NCBI RefSeq assembly: GCF_009914755.1
Contig: NC_060935.1
DNA length: 64,000 bases
Source: the human T2T-CHM13v2.0 reference genome, Homo sapiens
Direction: 5' to 3' (one strand)
Both the position numbers and the translations under genes were made by a program. The notes beneath the pieces were generated by a model. The model was not told the origin of the DNA. It worked only from the letters and a program-made list of their open reading frames with translations, and made no database searches. Of the stretch, positions 15,233 to 31,530 are shown piece after piece (within the stretch, counting starts at the first letter, position 1; each line of letters begins with the position of its first letter).

Positions 15233-17706
15233 TCATGTGTGTACACTCACATAATGTGTGCAAGTATGTGGCAGAGAAGGAGACAGAATAAGCGTGCCTG
15301 GGTGTGTACATTTCCGAGTAAGTGGATGTGCACGTGTGAATATATCAGAGTACATGACTCTAAGATGACGCACGTACGTCTTAACATTCATGAAAAACAC
15401 CAATAATCTCATAAATCAAACTGGTCAGACAAATGTCCCTTAAAAATAAATGATCATGGGAAGAATGGGAAATTTATTTATTGAATTTAACTAAGTTACA
15501 GGCACTGTGCCAAGTAAGCACTTTAAACACATGATCTTATCTATTCCTCACCATAACTTTTCAAAGAAAGTACACTGCCGTCACCCCCAATTTCTCAGAC
15601 AAAGGAAATGAGGCTCAGAAAGGTTAGGTAACAGATCCAAGGCCACACACCCATTAACTGGCAGAGCTGGGCTGGCCTGACGCTGGAGCCCATGCATGCA
15701 AGCTCCATGCTATAATGACTTACTTGTGGAATTTCCAAGTGAGGGAAATCTTAAAGGTCATTCAATCCAGCCTTTCATTTTACAGATGAGGAAACTGAGG
15801 CCCAGAAATAGGATGTGACCTTGCCCAAGTGCACTGGCAGCTAGGGACAGAGAGAGGGTGAAAGCCTGGATCCCTGTCCTCACAGTTCAGAGCCCACCAC
15901 AGCATGATGATGGAGCAGGGGCATGGGGGATACGGAAAGAGCCAGCCACAGTTCTGTGAGGCAGCGTTATACAGGGGTTAGTGGTGGTGGCTCCGCAGCC
16001 AGATACACCTGGGCTCAGAGCCTGTGACATAATAGCTGTGTGACCTTGGATTAGTCACTTAGCCTTCTAGAGCTTAGTTTCCTCATCCATTAAGTGGGAA
16101 TCATAATAGTGCTACCTAGAAGGTTCTTGTGAGAAACATATGGAAAGCATTTAGTGCAGTGAGCCTCACACGCAGCGGGTGCTCTTTGGACATTAGCTGT
16201 TATATTTTTATTATCTCCAGATTTAAGACCTGGGGAAGGTAAACCTCAGAAGCTATCAGTAGATTCTATCCTAAATTCTCGCACACACACTCACTTCAAT
16301 CTGCCAATAAATCACTGTCAGCTTCCAACAACCAAAACCAGCAATAACCTGTGAAGTCCCCCTTTGAGGGTGGGGGAGATTTTAGCACTGGCAGCTCCTT
16401 CCCTCCTCCCTCCTAGACCAGATGCGGATAAGGTCAGCTTCATGACACAGAGCCCCTCTCCAGAGGACCCGAGTGAGGGAGAGAGACTTTCACCCTGCCC
16501 TCTATCCCTATGTGGGCCTGGGCATGGATGCCAGAGCATCTCTTGGGCACAAATCTGGGATCTGTCCTGCCTGGCTCAGGGTTAGGAAACAGGTTGAGAT
16601 GTTGGGCCCCACCATGCGCCCAGGGCTGAGCTCACCCGGGGGGATCGATGCCATCCACCTTGGGTCCCTGCAGGAGGACATTAGGATGGAGGGCAGAAGC
16701 ATCGGCCTTCTGCTCTCATGCCTCAGGACTGGAATAATGTCCCCCAGCTCAGGCTGGTCTCTAGGACTGGAGGAATTCCACAGCTGAAGGCTGTCCCCCT
16801 GCCTCCACTCCACTCTGCCGGACAGATTCTATCCCAGGCATCAGAAGCCCTTTAGCCCTTAGTGAGAGCTGCCTACAGGAGCCGAGACTTGAAAATATGC
16901 CTCATGCTTGTCTTGTCCCTAACACTTAACAGATATGGTCTGCTTTGCTCTTCATTACAACCCTATGACTTAGGCAGGGACTTACTCTTCCTGCCCAGGT
17001 GGGGAATCCGAGGCTCAGAGAGCTTGGATGTCTTGTGCAAGGTCACACAGGGAATTAGCAGTGCACCCAGGACTAGGCCCAGAGGTTTTTTGCATAGTCC
17101 TGTCCTGCAGTGCTGAGTGCTCAGCCTGTTGTCAGACACAGAAGTACTCAGCAAAAGCTGAATGCCTGATGAGAGAAGAGGGAAAAGGAAGGAAAGAGGC
17201 ATAACATGGGGGCTGCTGGTGAGCTCCCATTACTCCTCCTTCTCCCTCTATTCTTCTCCCTCGCCCCACACCTCTCCCATTAACAAATGCTGTCTATTTC
17301 ACGTCCTAAATAGCTTGACTCTATCTACTTCTCTCCATCCCTGTGGTACCACCTAAGTCCAGGCATCATCATGCGTCCTCTGTATTCCCGCTATACCCTG
17401 AGAGCCTTCTCATTGGTTTCCACACTTCCTCCCCATCTTGTTCTCCTCCAAGCTGGTCTCCATAAAGCAATTATTATGATTATGTCGAAAACCCCTCAAT
17501 GCACCCATGTTCATAGCAGTGCTATTTACAAGAGTCAAGAGGTGGAAGCAACCCACTGACAGACGAATAGATAAACAAAATGTGGCATATCCATACAGTA
17601 GAATATTAGCCTTAAAAAGGAAGGAAATTTCAATACATGCTACAACATGGATGAACCTTGAGGACATTATGCTCAGTGAAATAAGCAAGTCATAAAAAGA
17701 CAAATA

Positions 17707-18007
<301 letters not shown>

Positions 18008-18207
18008 GACAGTGCATGATGCCGCTTAGATGAGGTACCTAGAGTGCTCAAATTCATAGATAGAAAGTAGAATGGTGGTCGTCAGGGGCTGTAAGGAGGG
18101 AGAAATGGGGAGTTATCATTTAATGAGTACAGAGTTTCAACCTGGGAAGATGAAAAAGTTCTGGAGATGGATAGTGGTGATGGCTACACAGCACTGTGAA
18201 TATACTT

Positions 18208-18554
<347 letters not shown>

Positions 18555-18629
18555 TGAATATACTTAATGCCACAGAACACTATACTTAAAAACAGTTAAG
18601 ATGATAAATTTTATGTTAAACATGTTAAA

Positions 18630-18630
<1 letters not shown>

Positions 18631-18678
<48 letters not shown>
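18631..18678. repeat. (CA)24 microsatellite
   Basis: Direct count. Confidence 0.97.
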
Positions 18679-18679
<1 letters not shown>

Positions 18680-18726
18680 CTTCCCATTGCTGTTGGGATA
18701 AAGGCAAACATCTGTGGTATGACCTT

Positions 18727-19000
18727 CCAGGTGGGTGCGGTGGCTCACGGCTGTAATCCCAACACTTTGGGAAGTTGAGACCTGATCACTTAAGGCCAGG
18801 AGTTCAAGACCAGCATGGTCAACAGGGTGAAATCCCAACTCTTCTAAAAATACAAAAAATTATCTGAGTGTGGTGGTACACGCCTGTATTCCCAGCTACT
18901 CAGCAGGCTGAGGCACAAGAATCCGCTTGAACCCAGGAAGCGGAGGTTGTAGTGACCCAAGGTGGTGCCACTGCACTCCAGCCTGGGCACAAGCAAACAA
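18727..19000 (+). mobile_element. Diverged Alu (J-like)
   Basis: Alu consensus with a degraded tail. Confidence 0.85.
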
Positions 19001-20635
19001 AACCCAAAGTCCAGCTCCCCTCCACTTTGCACCCACGCCACTCTTCTTCTTCTGAATTTTCTAATGTGTTTTGTTCCTTCTGCCTTGGGGCCTTTGCACA
19101 TGCTGTTTCCTCTGCCTGAAGCACTCTTTCCTCCCTTCTCCCAGTTAGTTCCTTCAGTTCTCAGCTCAAATATGACTTTTTCAGAGAACATTTCCTTGGC
19201 CTCATCTGGGTTCCAGGATCATGGTTCCCTCACGGGACAATGTAAGCTGCATCACAGGTCCCCTTTCTGTGGGACTCCATACCCAGGCCAGACATCAGCC
19301 CCTTGGAGGGCTGGCCATTCTCCCAATACCCATTTCCTTCTGTCCCTGCAGTTCACAGGCACGTCCCCTCCACTTTTCCCTGTTCTAGAATTTCTGGCTC
19401 TGTGGAGTGTCCTTTCAAGGGGAGATAACTCCAACAAGGGGAATGGAGGGAGTTAGTCTTTGTTCCTTAGAAAAGGACAAATCCATCCATGGGTGATAAC
19501 TTGTGCTTTAAAGAGAGAACATTATGTGTTTGCTGGAGAATGAGAAAATGAACTCCTCAGATGTCCAGACAGGGTGTTTCCAGAGGACACTGGTCAGCCA
19601 GGCCCTGGTTAATGAAGGGTTCTCTACAGACAAGGAGCTACTTCAGAAATGGAAGCAGGGTGGCTCTCTGAAGCCTGTATTTAACATCTCCCCTCTCAAC
19701 CTGCTTCCCCCAGCTCCCATTCATACTCATGTGGGGGCCCCTGGGCTAGGGGTAGGGGGATCACCTGGATAATCCTAATGGAGCTCAGATCCCACCTTCT
19801 ACAGAAAGGCAGACCTGTGACTAGTGCAAGAAACACCCTGTACTCCCTGACAACACCATGATGTCACTGGCTTAGCACAGAGTGTGCCAGACTCCAAATG
19901 TCAATTCGATGCTGTGATACCTAAAAATCAGTCTGACTTAAGGACATAGTGTGAACAAAGTCTAACTGCCAGATGTACAGCCCCAGCCTTAGACACACAG
20001 GCTGAACCCCAACACAGAGGCAGACCTGCGGATTGATACCTTTACCCCAAGGACGAAGTCTGAGGGCCCTTAGACACGCAGTCTCAGAAATGATTAGGAG
20101 ATTGCACAGATGCTAGACTCCCGGCTGTGCCCCTTGACGAGCTAGACTAGTGCCAGTTATTTAACCTCTGAGCCTCAGTTTTCTGATATGTAAAGGGAAA
20201 ATAATAATGGTACCTACCTCATAGAGTTGTTGCAAGGATTAAATGAATTAATATATCACATAGGTAGGATGGGGCCTGGCATACAGTAAGTACAAAGTGA
20301 GTATTTACTGTTATTATTTTTAACCTCTCAGTTTCAGGGTCCACACTGGAAAATGGGGATATTAACAATACCAATAAGGAGGCTGGGGGAATTAGCCTGT
20401 GGGACAATGAATGTAAGGAACATGGCATGGAGCCTGCCCCATGGCACATGCTCAGTAAACACCAACCATCATCCTGTTGCTTCTGCCTGGGACCCCAGTC
20501 CTGCAGTATTTAACATCTCAGAAGCTCTAAGTGGGCAGTCCTTCCCGAGTCTCTCTAAATGTTAGCAAACCTCAAGCTCTGGTCCCAGAGCCTTTCTCTT
20601 CTCTCCCCAGGTGACCTCATCCAGGCTCAAGCTTT

Positions 20636-20985
<350 letters not shown>

Positions 20986-21688
20986 CCAGGCTCAAGCTTT
21001 AGATGTCATCTACAAGGCCCACCTCCTGAAAGTGTAGCTCCTGTCCTGACCTCCCCATGAAAGCCCAACTTGACACTTGAGTTGGCTGTCTCTGTGACAT
21101 CTCAAACTCGATATGCCCCCAGTAGAAAACTTTATCCCCACCACAGCCCACCTCCCCCTCCTCTGTCACATCAGTTATTGATGCCACAGTTCACCCAGGC
21201 TCTCAGGCCCAGAGCCTGGGACTCTTGCTCGCTCCTCTCCTGACGCCTGCCCTCACCTCCCACTCTTCCCCTTGCTCATTTGGCTTTGCCCACAGTGACA
21301 TCTTTGCCAAATCTATCCCTATCAGAGGACTTTGCACTTGTCACTCCCCTTGCAGGGAATACCTTCCCCCAAATATCTGCATGCCCACAGTTACCACAGC
21401 CCTTCCCTGACCATCCTGTGTAGATAGCAACATTGTCATTGCCCCTACCCCTTACTCAGCTTGATTTTCTTCATAGCATCCCCACCACCTATTTGTTTGC
21501 TTGTTTATTCACTGTCTTTGCCTGTCTATCCTCCTTCACCAGACTGTAAGCTCCATGAAGGCAGGGATTTTTTTCTTTTTCTATTCCAAATCTCTACTGT
21601 TTAGAGCAATAGCTGGCACATAATGAGTCCTCAGTAAACATTATCTGAAGAAATGAATGAAGGTACTGCCCCTCCCTCCTACACCTCA

Positions 21689-21853
<165 letters not shown>

Positions 21854-24800
21854 CTAAGTACTGCAATAGAGCAGCCCAGGCCTTGAATTTCAAAGGCTGA
21901 ACACTGAACCTTTATAGCATCACTTTATAGGCTGCAGGGCCCTTTAGTTAATGGGCGTATTTGGGGTATGGGCTGGGCAGAGCTGCCAGTACATGGAGTA
22001 GAGCTGGGTATATGATCTGGAGGCCTTACTATGTGCTGAGCCCTAAGCACAAGGGTTGCTGGGGTCTCTTGAACAGTGCAGGGGCCTGTATGCCACAACT
22101 CACCCAGTGACAGCCCCATTTAACACGAACAGCATAAGTCAGCACTGGCGCCCTCCCCAGAGGCTGTGATAACAAACTGATGAGAGTCAGTATTTATGGA
22201 GCATTTACTCTGTGCCAGGCACTGTTCTAAGCATGCGATATATGTTAACCCATTTAATCTTCATTAAACCCCATCGAGTGGGTACTCTTAGTCTCCCATT
22301 TTATGGGGTGAGGAAACTGAGGCACGAAGAGGCATTTCCAAGGTCACTGATTTTGTCTCCTCTCTCGGGATGGGGAATGGAGCAGTCAATACCAGCTCAT
22401 AGTCTCTCCACCTTAACTCACAGAGGCCTCTAAGTGGGTGGACTGTGGCCTGGGGGTAAGACCCAGAGGCAGCCAGAGCCTCCTTCCAGGCCTCAGTCTT
22501 CCCTGGGCCTGGTGAGGAGGGTCACCTTAGTTGGTCGTGATCATGCCCTTCCACAGCTCCCTCCTGCAGACAGCAAAACCCACTCTGCTCAGCCTGGAAC
22601 GAAAGGCCCAGGCTATGTGGCCTCCAGCCACTTTATCAGATCTGCCCAGCCTGCCCTTTCTGCTCCAGCCCTGTGGTACCCACTCCATTCCCAGATGGCC
22701 TGCTACAGCTTGCTGCCTCAGTGCTGCTGTTGCCCACCAGGCTACTTCTATCCAGTGTGCCAAGGGTCCCTGCCCTTGAGAAGCTGATGGTATGGAGGGG
22801 GCTGCCATGCTCAGAGCTAACTGTTGGAGTCAGCAGGCTAGGGAAGTGATACTGCCGATGGACAGAGACTGAGAGAGCACAAAGGAGGGGGTGGGCAACC
22901 AAGGACAGCTTCCCAGAGGAGGTGGCACCAGGCTGGACTTTGAAGGATACATAAGAGTTCAACAGAGAAGGAGGAAGGACATGAGGAGAGCTATCCTGTG
23001 ACCTCAGTGGGTCTGGTGGGACTGAGGTGCAAGTGTAGAGGCAATGTGGGCTGTCCACCAAAGAGTATCTTCCCCTTATTCTGTGCCAGGAGGACCACAG
23101 GTTTGCTCCAGCAGCAATATACCCAGCCCCAGGGAATGGATGGTGATTGGTTTAAGCAGCCATGCAATTCCATACTCCTTTGCCAGTGTTGGTCCACGTA
23201 TTCTGGCCAGTGAGATGTCAAAGAAAGAATGATCTCTGTCATAAAGGAGAGGCATGTCGGCAGCATGCCCTCTCTGCTCATGCTAAGCAATACCCGGAGC
23301 TAGGCAGCCACCTTGTGACCATGGGGAAGATAGGCTGACACACACACACAGGATGGTATGGAAAGATGGGAAGAGGCTGGGTCCCTGAAAACATCAATAA
23401 GCATCAAACCAACTTGAAAAGGCAAACTCCACATTTCTTTTTTAATGAAATGGTAGATATTGATATTCTTTAGTGAATATTCTCCAAAAAAGGTCTTCAA
23501 ACTAATATAGAAGGTACAAGACAGACAAGGCCAGAGAGCAGTCATGAATGGCAACACTGGGCACAGCCAACACCCTTCCTGGGGATCTTCAAAACTCTTG
23601 CCTCTTTACTCCTTGAAATAATTTTGAAACACCCTCTACTCTCTCACACATTTTTAAGCTGACATCTAGACATGTTTTATTATATGCTGATATAAATGCT
23701 TTTTTTTGCAATAGGAGGTAGAAATGTTAAAATTTTATAAGACGAAATAAGATGAGGATTAACCATAATTGAACTAAATATTTCATGACATGGCTTCATA
23801 GAATAGTTTTTAGCTGCTTTGTTAAATAATACACATTCAATTAGTTAAGAAATTAGGTAAAGTTTTATATACAGGCTTTATCCAGTGTATGGTGGTCTGG
23901 GAAAATATTGTAGTTATTAAAAAATATCTTCTTCACTAACTTATACTGTTTTGATTGTTCTGAATTCAGAACATCACAGAAAGAAATAATACCCAAAGGA
24001 AGAGGGGAAGCCCTACAGGTTTAAGATGGCTTAATTAGTCACTAAATGAGGCTCACTCTAAATCAAATCAGGGCTGCCTTAATCAGCCCCCTCCCACCTG
24101 CCCCCTAAATTTCCAGACAGCTCTGAAAACCCAGGCTGGATTAGACTGGAGGTATCACAAGGGTCTGTGACTTCTCCTGTCTGCTCTTTTCCTGCCCCTC
24201 ACTCAGGCCTGGGGGTAGGAGCTCACAAAGACCAGATGACAATTACTCAGCTTGAGCTGATCTGTGCCCTGGGGAGGAGATGGCCCTTTGCACTGAGCTG
24301 AAGCAGTACAGCCACACACAGGAGGGGCTGCTGACAGCCAGCAGGAGGGCATCCCTGGACCGATTCATTCCAGTTTCCCACATTCTGGGAATACACAGTC
24401 TACCCAGTGCTCTGCCACTCCGGGCTCTGCACCCTGTCCATGCTCGAATTTCACCCTCCACAGCCCCATGAAGCAGGCAAGCCAGGGACTATGATGCTTG
24501 TTTCATAAGGCCAGAGAGCAGTCATGAATGGCCACACTGGGAACAGCCAACACCCTGCCCAGGGATCTTCAAAACTCTTGCCTCTTTACTCCTTGAAATA
24601 ATTTTGAAACACCTTATACTTTCTCACACATTTTTAAGTTGGCAACTAAAATGTTTTATCGTATGTTTATAAATGCTTATGAGGCCCAGAAAGCCTGAAT
24701 GACTTGTGCAAAGTCCCATAGCTGGTACACAGCAGCAGTGCTCACTGAAGACCCAGGTCTTCCTTCTCCAAGGGCGGAGGTGTCTTTCTCTGTCACCATC

Positions 24801-26478
24801 TGGTGAGTATTTCCCATCTGAGGGCTCACTGTGGCATTTGTGCTACTTTGGAAGGGGTGTAGGGGTGGGGGTGGAGGCGGACTTGTCACGTGCTTGTGTA
24901 GCAGTATGCCTTCTGGTCTTCTTGCTGGTCTAGGGACTTTAATAAGCAGGCAGAGCTGCTGCCTCCAAGTCAAGCAGGTATTTTAGAGATCACTGCTGAA
25001 GCCAGGATGCAGGGACATTGGGGAAGGGAAGGTGGGGAACGGGAGGGAGGATGAGGGAGCCTATCCCCTGCCATCCAACTACAGGAGCCAGGCAGCGCTG
25101 CAGGAGTGCAGTCTGGGTATAATCTGATTCCAGCTCAGGGGGCGCTGGACCTCAGATACTCAAGCCAAATATCCCTCTCCTCCACCACTCCCTCTCCTGG
25201 CAGTCTCTCATCCTTGCTGGTTACTGGATTCTTCCTTAGTGAGATGGCTGCTCCCGCTCCTCTTCTGTCCCTGACTGCTGACACACCATTTCTGTCTGCA
25301 GTTATTGCTCACCTAGACTACTGCAGTCAATGCTAAGTCCTGCTTCTATTATACCTCTAGATTCTCCCTGCCTCCAGCCTGCGCTGAACACCTCAGGTTC
25401 CCACCTAAAAGTGTTATGCTGATGACATCTCTCTTCTGTTCCAAACTGCTGACCAAATCCGACCCAAACATGCAGGCTGGGATTCACAGTCCTCCTGAGA
25501 TGCCCCAACCTGGGTTCCCAGCCTCAGCCTCCATCGCTCCCCAGCCTGTGTTTAATGCTCCAGCCCCTGCGCTGCTCCCTAGCCCTACCTGCTTTTCTCT
25601 TTGGTGCCTTTTCCCTTCCCTCAGGCACCACCAGTTCTCTCTCTCCTTCCTCCTCTGTGTGTCTGAAGCCTAGTCACCCTTCCAGACTCCGCTCCAAAGC
25701 CCTCTCAACCATGGAGCTTGCCCAATTCTGCCTTCCTCTCACCTCCCAGAGTACTTATTTGTAACATGGTTTCATTCATTCTCCTAAGGACCCAATAAAT
25801 GTTTATGGACTGAATAATGTTTATGTTTATCACATGCCTTGCACTGTGAACACAAAGATGAACAAGACTCAGATTCTAACTCTTAGGCCTTTCTGACTCT
25901 GAAGACAGTTTTGCAAATAGACATAAACTTTAACATACAGTGTGATCTGTGCTGTAGCAGAGGTGTGAGGAGTGTGCTGTGAGGCCCAAACGGAAGGTGG
26001 GCATGGGGAATGAGGCCAAAGATAGGTGGGGCTGACTGTGAAGACCTTGAATGGTGGGCTGAGGATCTGAGACCACATCTTCAAAACAGCTGAGAACCAA
26101 GGAAAGGTCTTATGCAAGAGTGGGTGGCATGGTTAGATTTTTTTTTTTTTTCCAAGAAGGTAACTCCGGCAGGTTGTAGAAGAGGCCAGACATTTTTCAC
26201 TGGAGTTGTGGCATTCTAATAGGCTCTAGCATTATTTCACTGGGACTTGGCATGCAGGTCCGTGTTCCCTCTGCTCTCCTGGACTGATGGCAGGGCCTGG
26301 GACTCACTTGCGTCCAGTGCCCAGCTCAGAGAGGTTGGCACATAGAAGACACTGAGCTGCTGGATGTAGTAACAAAAGACATGGGCTTGTGGAATATAGG
26401 TGAGCTAGGATCTCCTTGGGCCTTTCAGGAAGTACCCTGGAGCAGATTCACTTTCCTGAGTCCTCAGACAGTCACTCA

Positions 26479-26637
<159 letters not shown>

Positions 26638-26821
26638 TCAGAGGCAGGATGCCTGCCCACTTGGAGGAGGAAGAGGGTGCATGAACCCCAGAAAGGTGCT
26701 TGGGCATTGGGTCCATGGTGAGGGTGACACCTACACATGAGGATCCCCAAGGCTGGTACACACAAACTAAACGTCCAACTCATTCAGCCTGGTCCTATGC
26801 TGGTACCTCCCCCACCACACC

Positions 26822-27117
26822 TTTTTACTGAGACAGGGTCTTGCTCTGTTGCCTCTGCTGGAGTGCAGTGCCACGATCACGGCTCACTACAGCCTTGATC
26901 TCCTAGGCTCAAGTGATCCTCCCGCCTCAGCCTCCTGAGTAGCTGGGACTACAGGCGCACATCACCATGCTCAGCTAATTTTTAATTTTTTGTAGAAAGG
27001 GCGGGGGGGGTCTCACTATGTTGCCCAGGCTGGTCTCGAACTCCTGGACTCAAGCAATCTTCCTGTCACAGCCCACCAAAATGCTGAGATTACAGATGTA
27101 AGCCACTGTGCCCTGCC
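26822..27117 (-). mobile_element. AluJ-like element in ABCC8 intron 1
   Basis: J-type motifs (GCTCAAGTGATCCTCC, ACTATGTTGCCCAGG). Confidence 0.88.
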
Positions 27118-27499
27118 AAGGTACCCCATTATACATACTAACTTCTTGTGTGACAAGTCATCAGGTTAATAAACCGTTTGGCTGAGAACAGAAGTGTAAA
27201 TGCTGTTCTTTTTTGATTTTTGATGCACATATGAGCACATATTTTGTATGTTTTATTTCTATTTCTATCTAACTGTCTTTGTTAATAACTAGCAACTCTG
27301 CTTCTGCAGCAACCTCTTGTAAATCTAATTTTGTGACAATCTTTCCTTTCTTCCCCAAAGCTGTATATGAATTTTAAGATTTGCTTGTTTTCTTAAAGTG
27401 AATGAACACGTTTTGGGGATGCAGGGGACACCCTATGAGTTGATAGACTTGACTGGTCTGGAAGAGTCAAGGTCTTGGAGAGAGATGGGGGGGACCTCA

Positions 27500-29012
<1,513 letters not shown>

Positions 29013-29864
29013 TCACACAAGGGATGTCCCAGAACTCTTGCTAAGTACAGGTTCTAATCGCTTCCAATTTTCTGATGGGGAAACCCAAGCTGCGAGGGAG
29101 CTGAAGGGAGGCCAGTAACATGACTTCCCCCAAGGTCTCAGTGCCAGCAAGCAGGGAAGCATAGCTTGAACCCAGCTCCTCAGGTCCCCCGTCCCCACCC
29201 CCATCATTTGTACTCATGCCTCTGGTACATGACAACCTTACAGCGACTGGCAGACCAATGGGTAGAATGGGTGACAGCCCCAGGCTGATAAAGAGGAGTT
29301 TAAGAAACGCATCTGGCCAGATGGATGTGAGGCAGTGGAGAGGGACTGAAATTCTTAACCTCACCTGGGACAGGCTTAACAGTTGGAGGACACCGTGCAA
29401 TTGTAAAGACAACATTATGTCTTCCTATACGTTTTGGAGAGATTCTCACAAGACTGTGGCCCAAAGAAGTTTATATTGTATGTAGAAAGAACAGAAGATG
29501 GGATTTGGGGGTTAGATTTAAGGAGAACTTTCCTAGTTAGGGTATGAAGCATAAATGCACATGTTCTTAGGAACAGTCAGGGGAACACAAAAGAAAGACC
29601 CCTTCAGCCCCTTTGCCTACAAGCTTCACTGAGCCTGCCCTGAGGCTGCTGAGCCTGGTGAGCCTCTCCAGCACGCTGTCAGCAAGGCCGAGGCTCTGCC
29701 CAGGCCCTGAGGCAGAGGGCAGATGGGGTTGGGTGAAAAGCCTTGGGAAAGCAGGAGTTCAGGGTCTGAATGCCTCAGTCTCTGACTTTGGAGAATTTCT
29801 CAGAAGCCAAAAGATGTTTCTTGCAGCATCAGCCAAAATAGTGAAAACTTGGTGGCAAGAAATA

Positions 29865-29885
29865 TCCAGCACCAGGGACAGGGGT
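29865..29885 (+). promoter_or_regulatory. Candidate RE1/NRSE (REST) site
   Basis: TCCAGCACCAGGGACAGGGGT matches consensus TTCAGCACCACGGACAGCGCC at 16/21, with intact CAGCACC-nn-GGACAG cores. Confidence 0.55.
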
Positions 29886-31410
29886 TAATCAACCTTGAAA
29901 AATGCAACTGCTGGGACGGTGCTAGCTGAGTCTGTGTAGTCAATAGAAAAACTTTACAAGATAGTGTCAGGTGAAAAACGGCAAACAAAATTGTGCTTCC
30001 CATGATTATAGCCGTACGAAATATGTATACTTGCATGAAGCCTGCAGGGAAAGGTCAGACTTGGAAATTTGGTAAGGCGGTGCTCAGTATGTACTGGCTG
30101 CCGTCGCTGTGCTTATCCTCATTCCCTTTCTTTAAAAATGAGACAACTGAGGTTCAGAGAGATGAGATGACAGGTCCATGGTCACCCAGTAAGATTTTTT
30201 CTTTTAGTTTGTTTTTCTTGCTTTCAAGGTTTTTTTTTTTCATATTTTCTGCAATGTTGTTATTTTCTTTTGTAGTTACAATTTCAGTTTTTTCACACTT
30301 TCAGCAATGCTATCTTTCTTTTTAGCAGTAATAATATATTTACTTTTAAAGAACAGGGCTCCTAGTCCTGGCTCTACTACTACTAGTTGTGTGATTTGGG
30401 GGCAGGTTACCATTCTGCACTTCAGTTTCCTTATTTCTAAATGGAAAAGATAATAATATGGAACCCAGAAGATTAAGATGAGATCATGGGTATGAATGTG
30501 CTTTGCAAGTTGGGGAGATAGTCCAAGCTACTTCATCCCATGGGTGACTACACACGGCAGCCCCTTGATCAATCAGGGTTATTTAATGGTCTCTCCCTCA
30601 CCCCACATTGCCTGGTGCAACCCTCACACTTGCCTATTCTGGGTCATTTGAAACAAACAAAAAGTCTGGTGTTAAGGGAGCATCAACTGGGACTAAGAGA
30701 GTGTTAAGTCTGGAGTCTTGGGGACTCGTGTTTGCCATCTCTAGCACAAACTTACTGTGTGACTGTGGACAAATTCCACCTTTCCCTGCACCTAGGTCTA
30801 CACTGAGGACATGCACCACACTGCCCACCATGTGGGTGGGAGAATTACTTTGAAAAAGTGTGGAGTCAGGTGCGCACGGAGGCATGAAAGGACTTCCTTT
30901 GTAGTATATGGGTTGTATTCCTGGAATCAACCCAAATGCTCATCAGTATGGGGCTGGTTCAAACAGACAAAACCCAAACAGACAAAAAACAGATATTGTC
31001 TGTACTGTGGGATACTGTGGAGCAAGCGCAGAGAATAGAGTTATGCTTACTGGCAGGGGAAGATGTCCAAGACACAGACGCAGAGCGGTGTGTGGCATAC
31101 AAAATCATTCATGTCTGTAACAGGGCTACGTCTGCCTCTGTCGGGGAGATGCTGGGTCTCTGGTGCTTCCCCACCTCTAGCCATGCCTTTTGTTTCTCTT
31201 GCTAGGGGCTGGAAGAAGGTCAGACTCTGAGAGCTTGCTTTGAGCAAGGGTACCCCGCTCTGAGAATTCCCAGCCATTCTCCTGGCAAAATGAAAACTAG
31301 GGCTGGATTTCCGGGATTGGATTCTCACACTCACCGGCTACTGGGTGGGTGTGGCCTCAGGCAGGGTGCAGTAAAGGGGCTGGTGCAGAGCTTCAGAAAA
31401 GTCCTTTCCA

Positions 31411-31530
31411 GATCCCTTGAGCCAGGGAGGTTAAGGCTGCCGTGAGCCATGATCGGGCCACTGCACTCCAGCCTGGGCGACAGAGAGAGACCCTGTCTCA
31501 AAACAAAACAAAACAAAACAAACAAACAAA
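31411..31530 (+). mobile_element. 5'-truncated Alu right arm with (AAAAC)n tail
   Basis: TSD AAAAGTCC(T/C)TTCCAG on both sides. Confidence 0.85.

Noticed and set aside
25130-25150. Possible CTCF site (CAGGGGGCGCT)
   Set aside because: The 5' CC(A/G) part of the core is missing; too weak to call without ChIP data.
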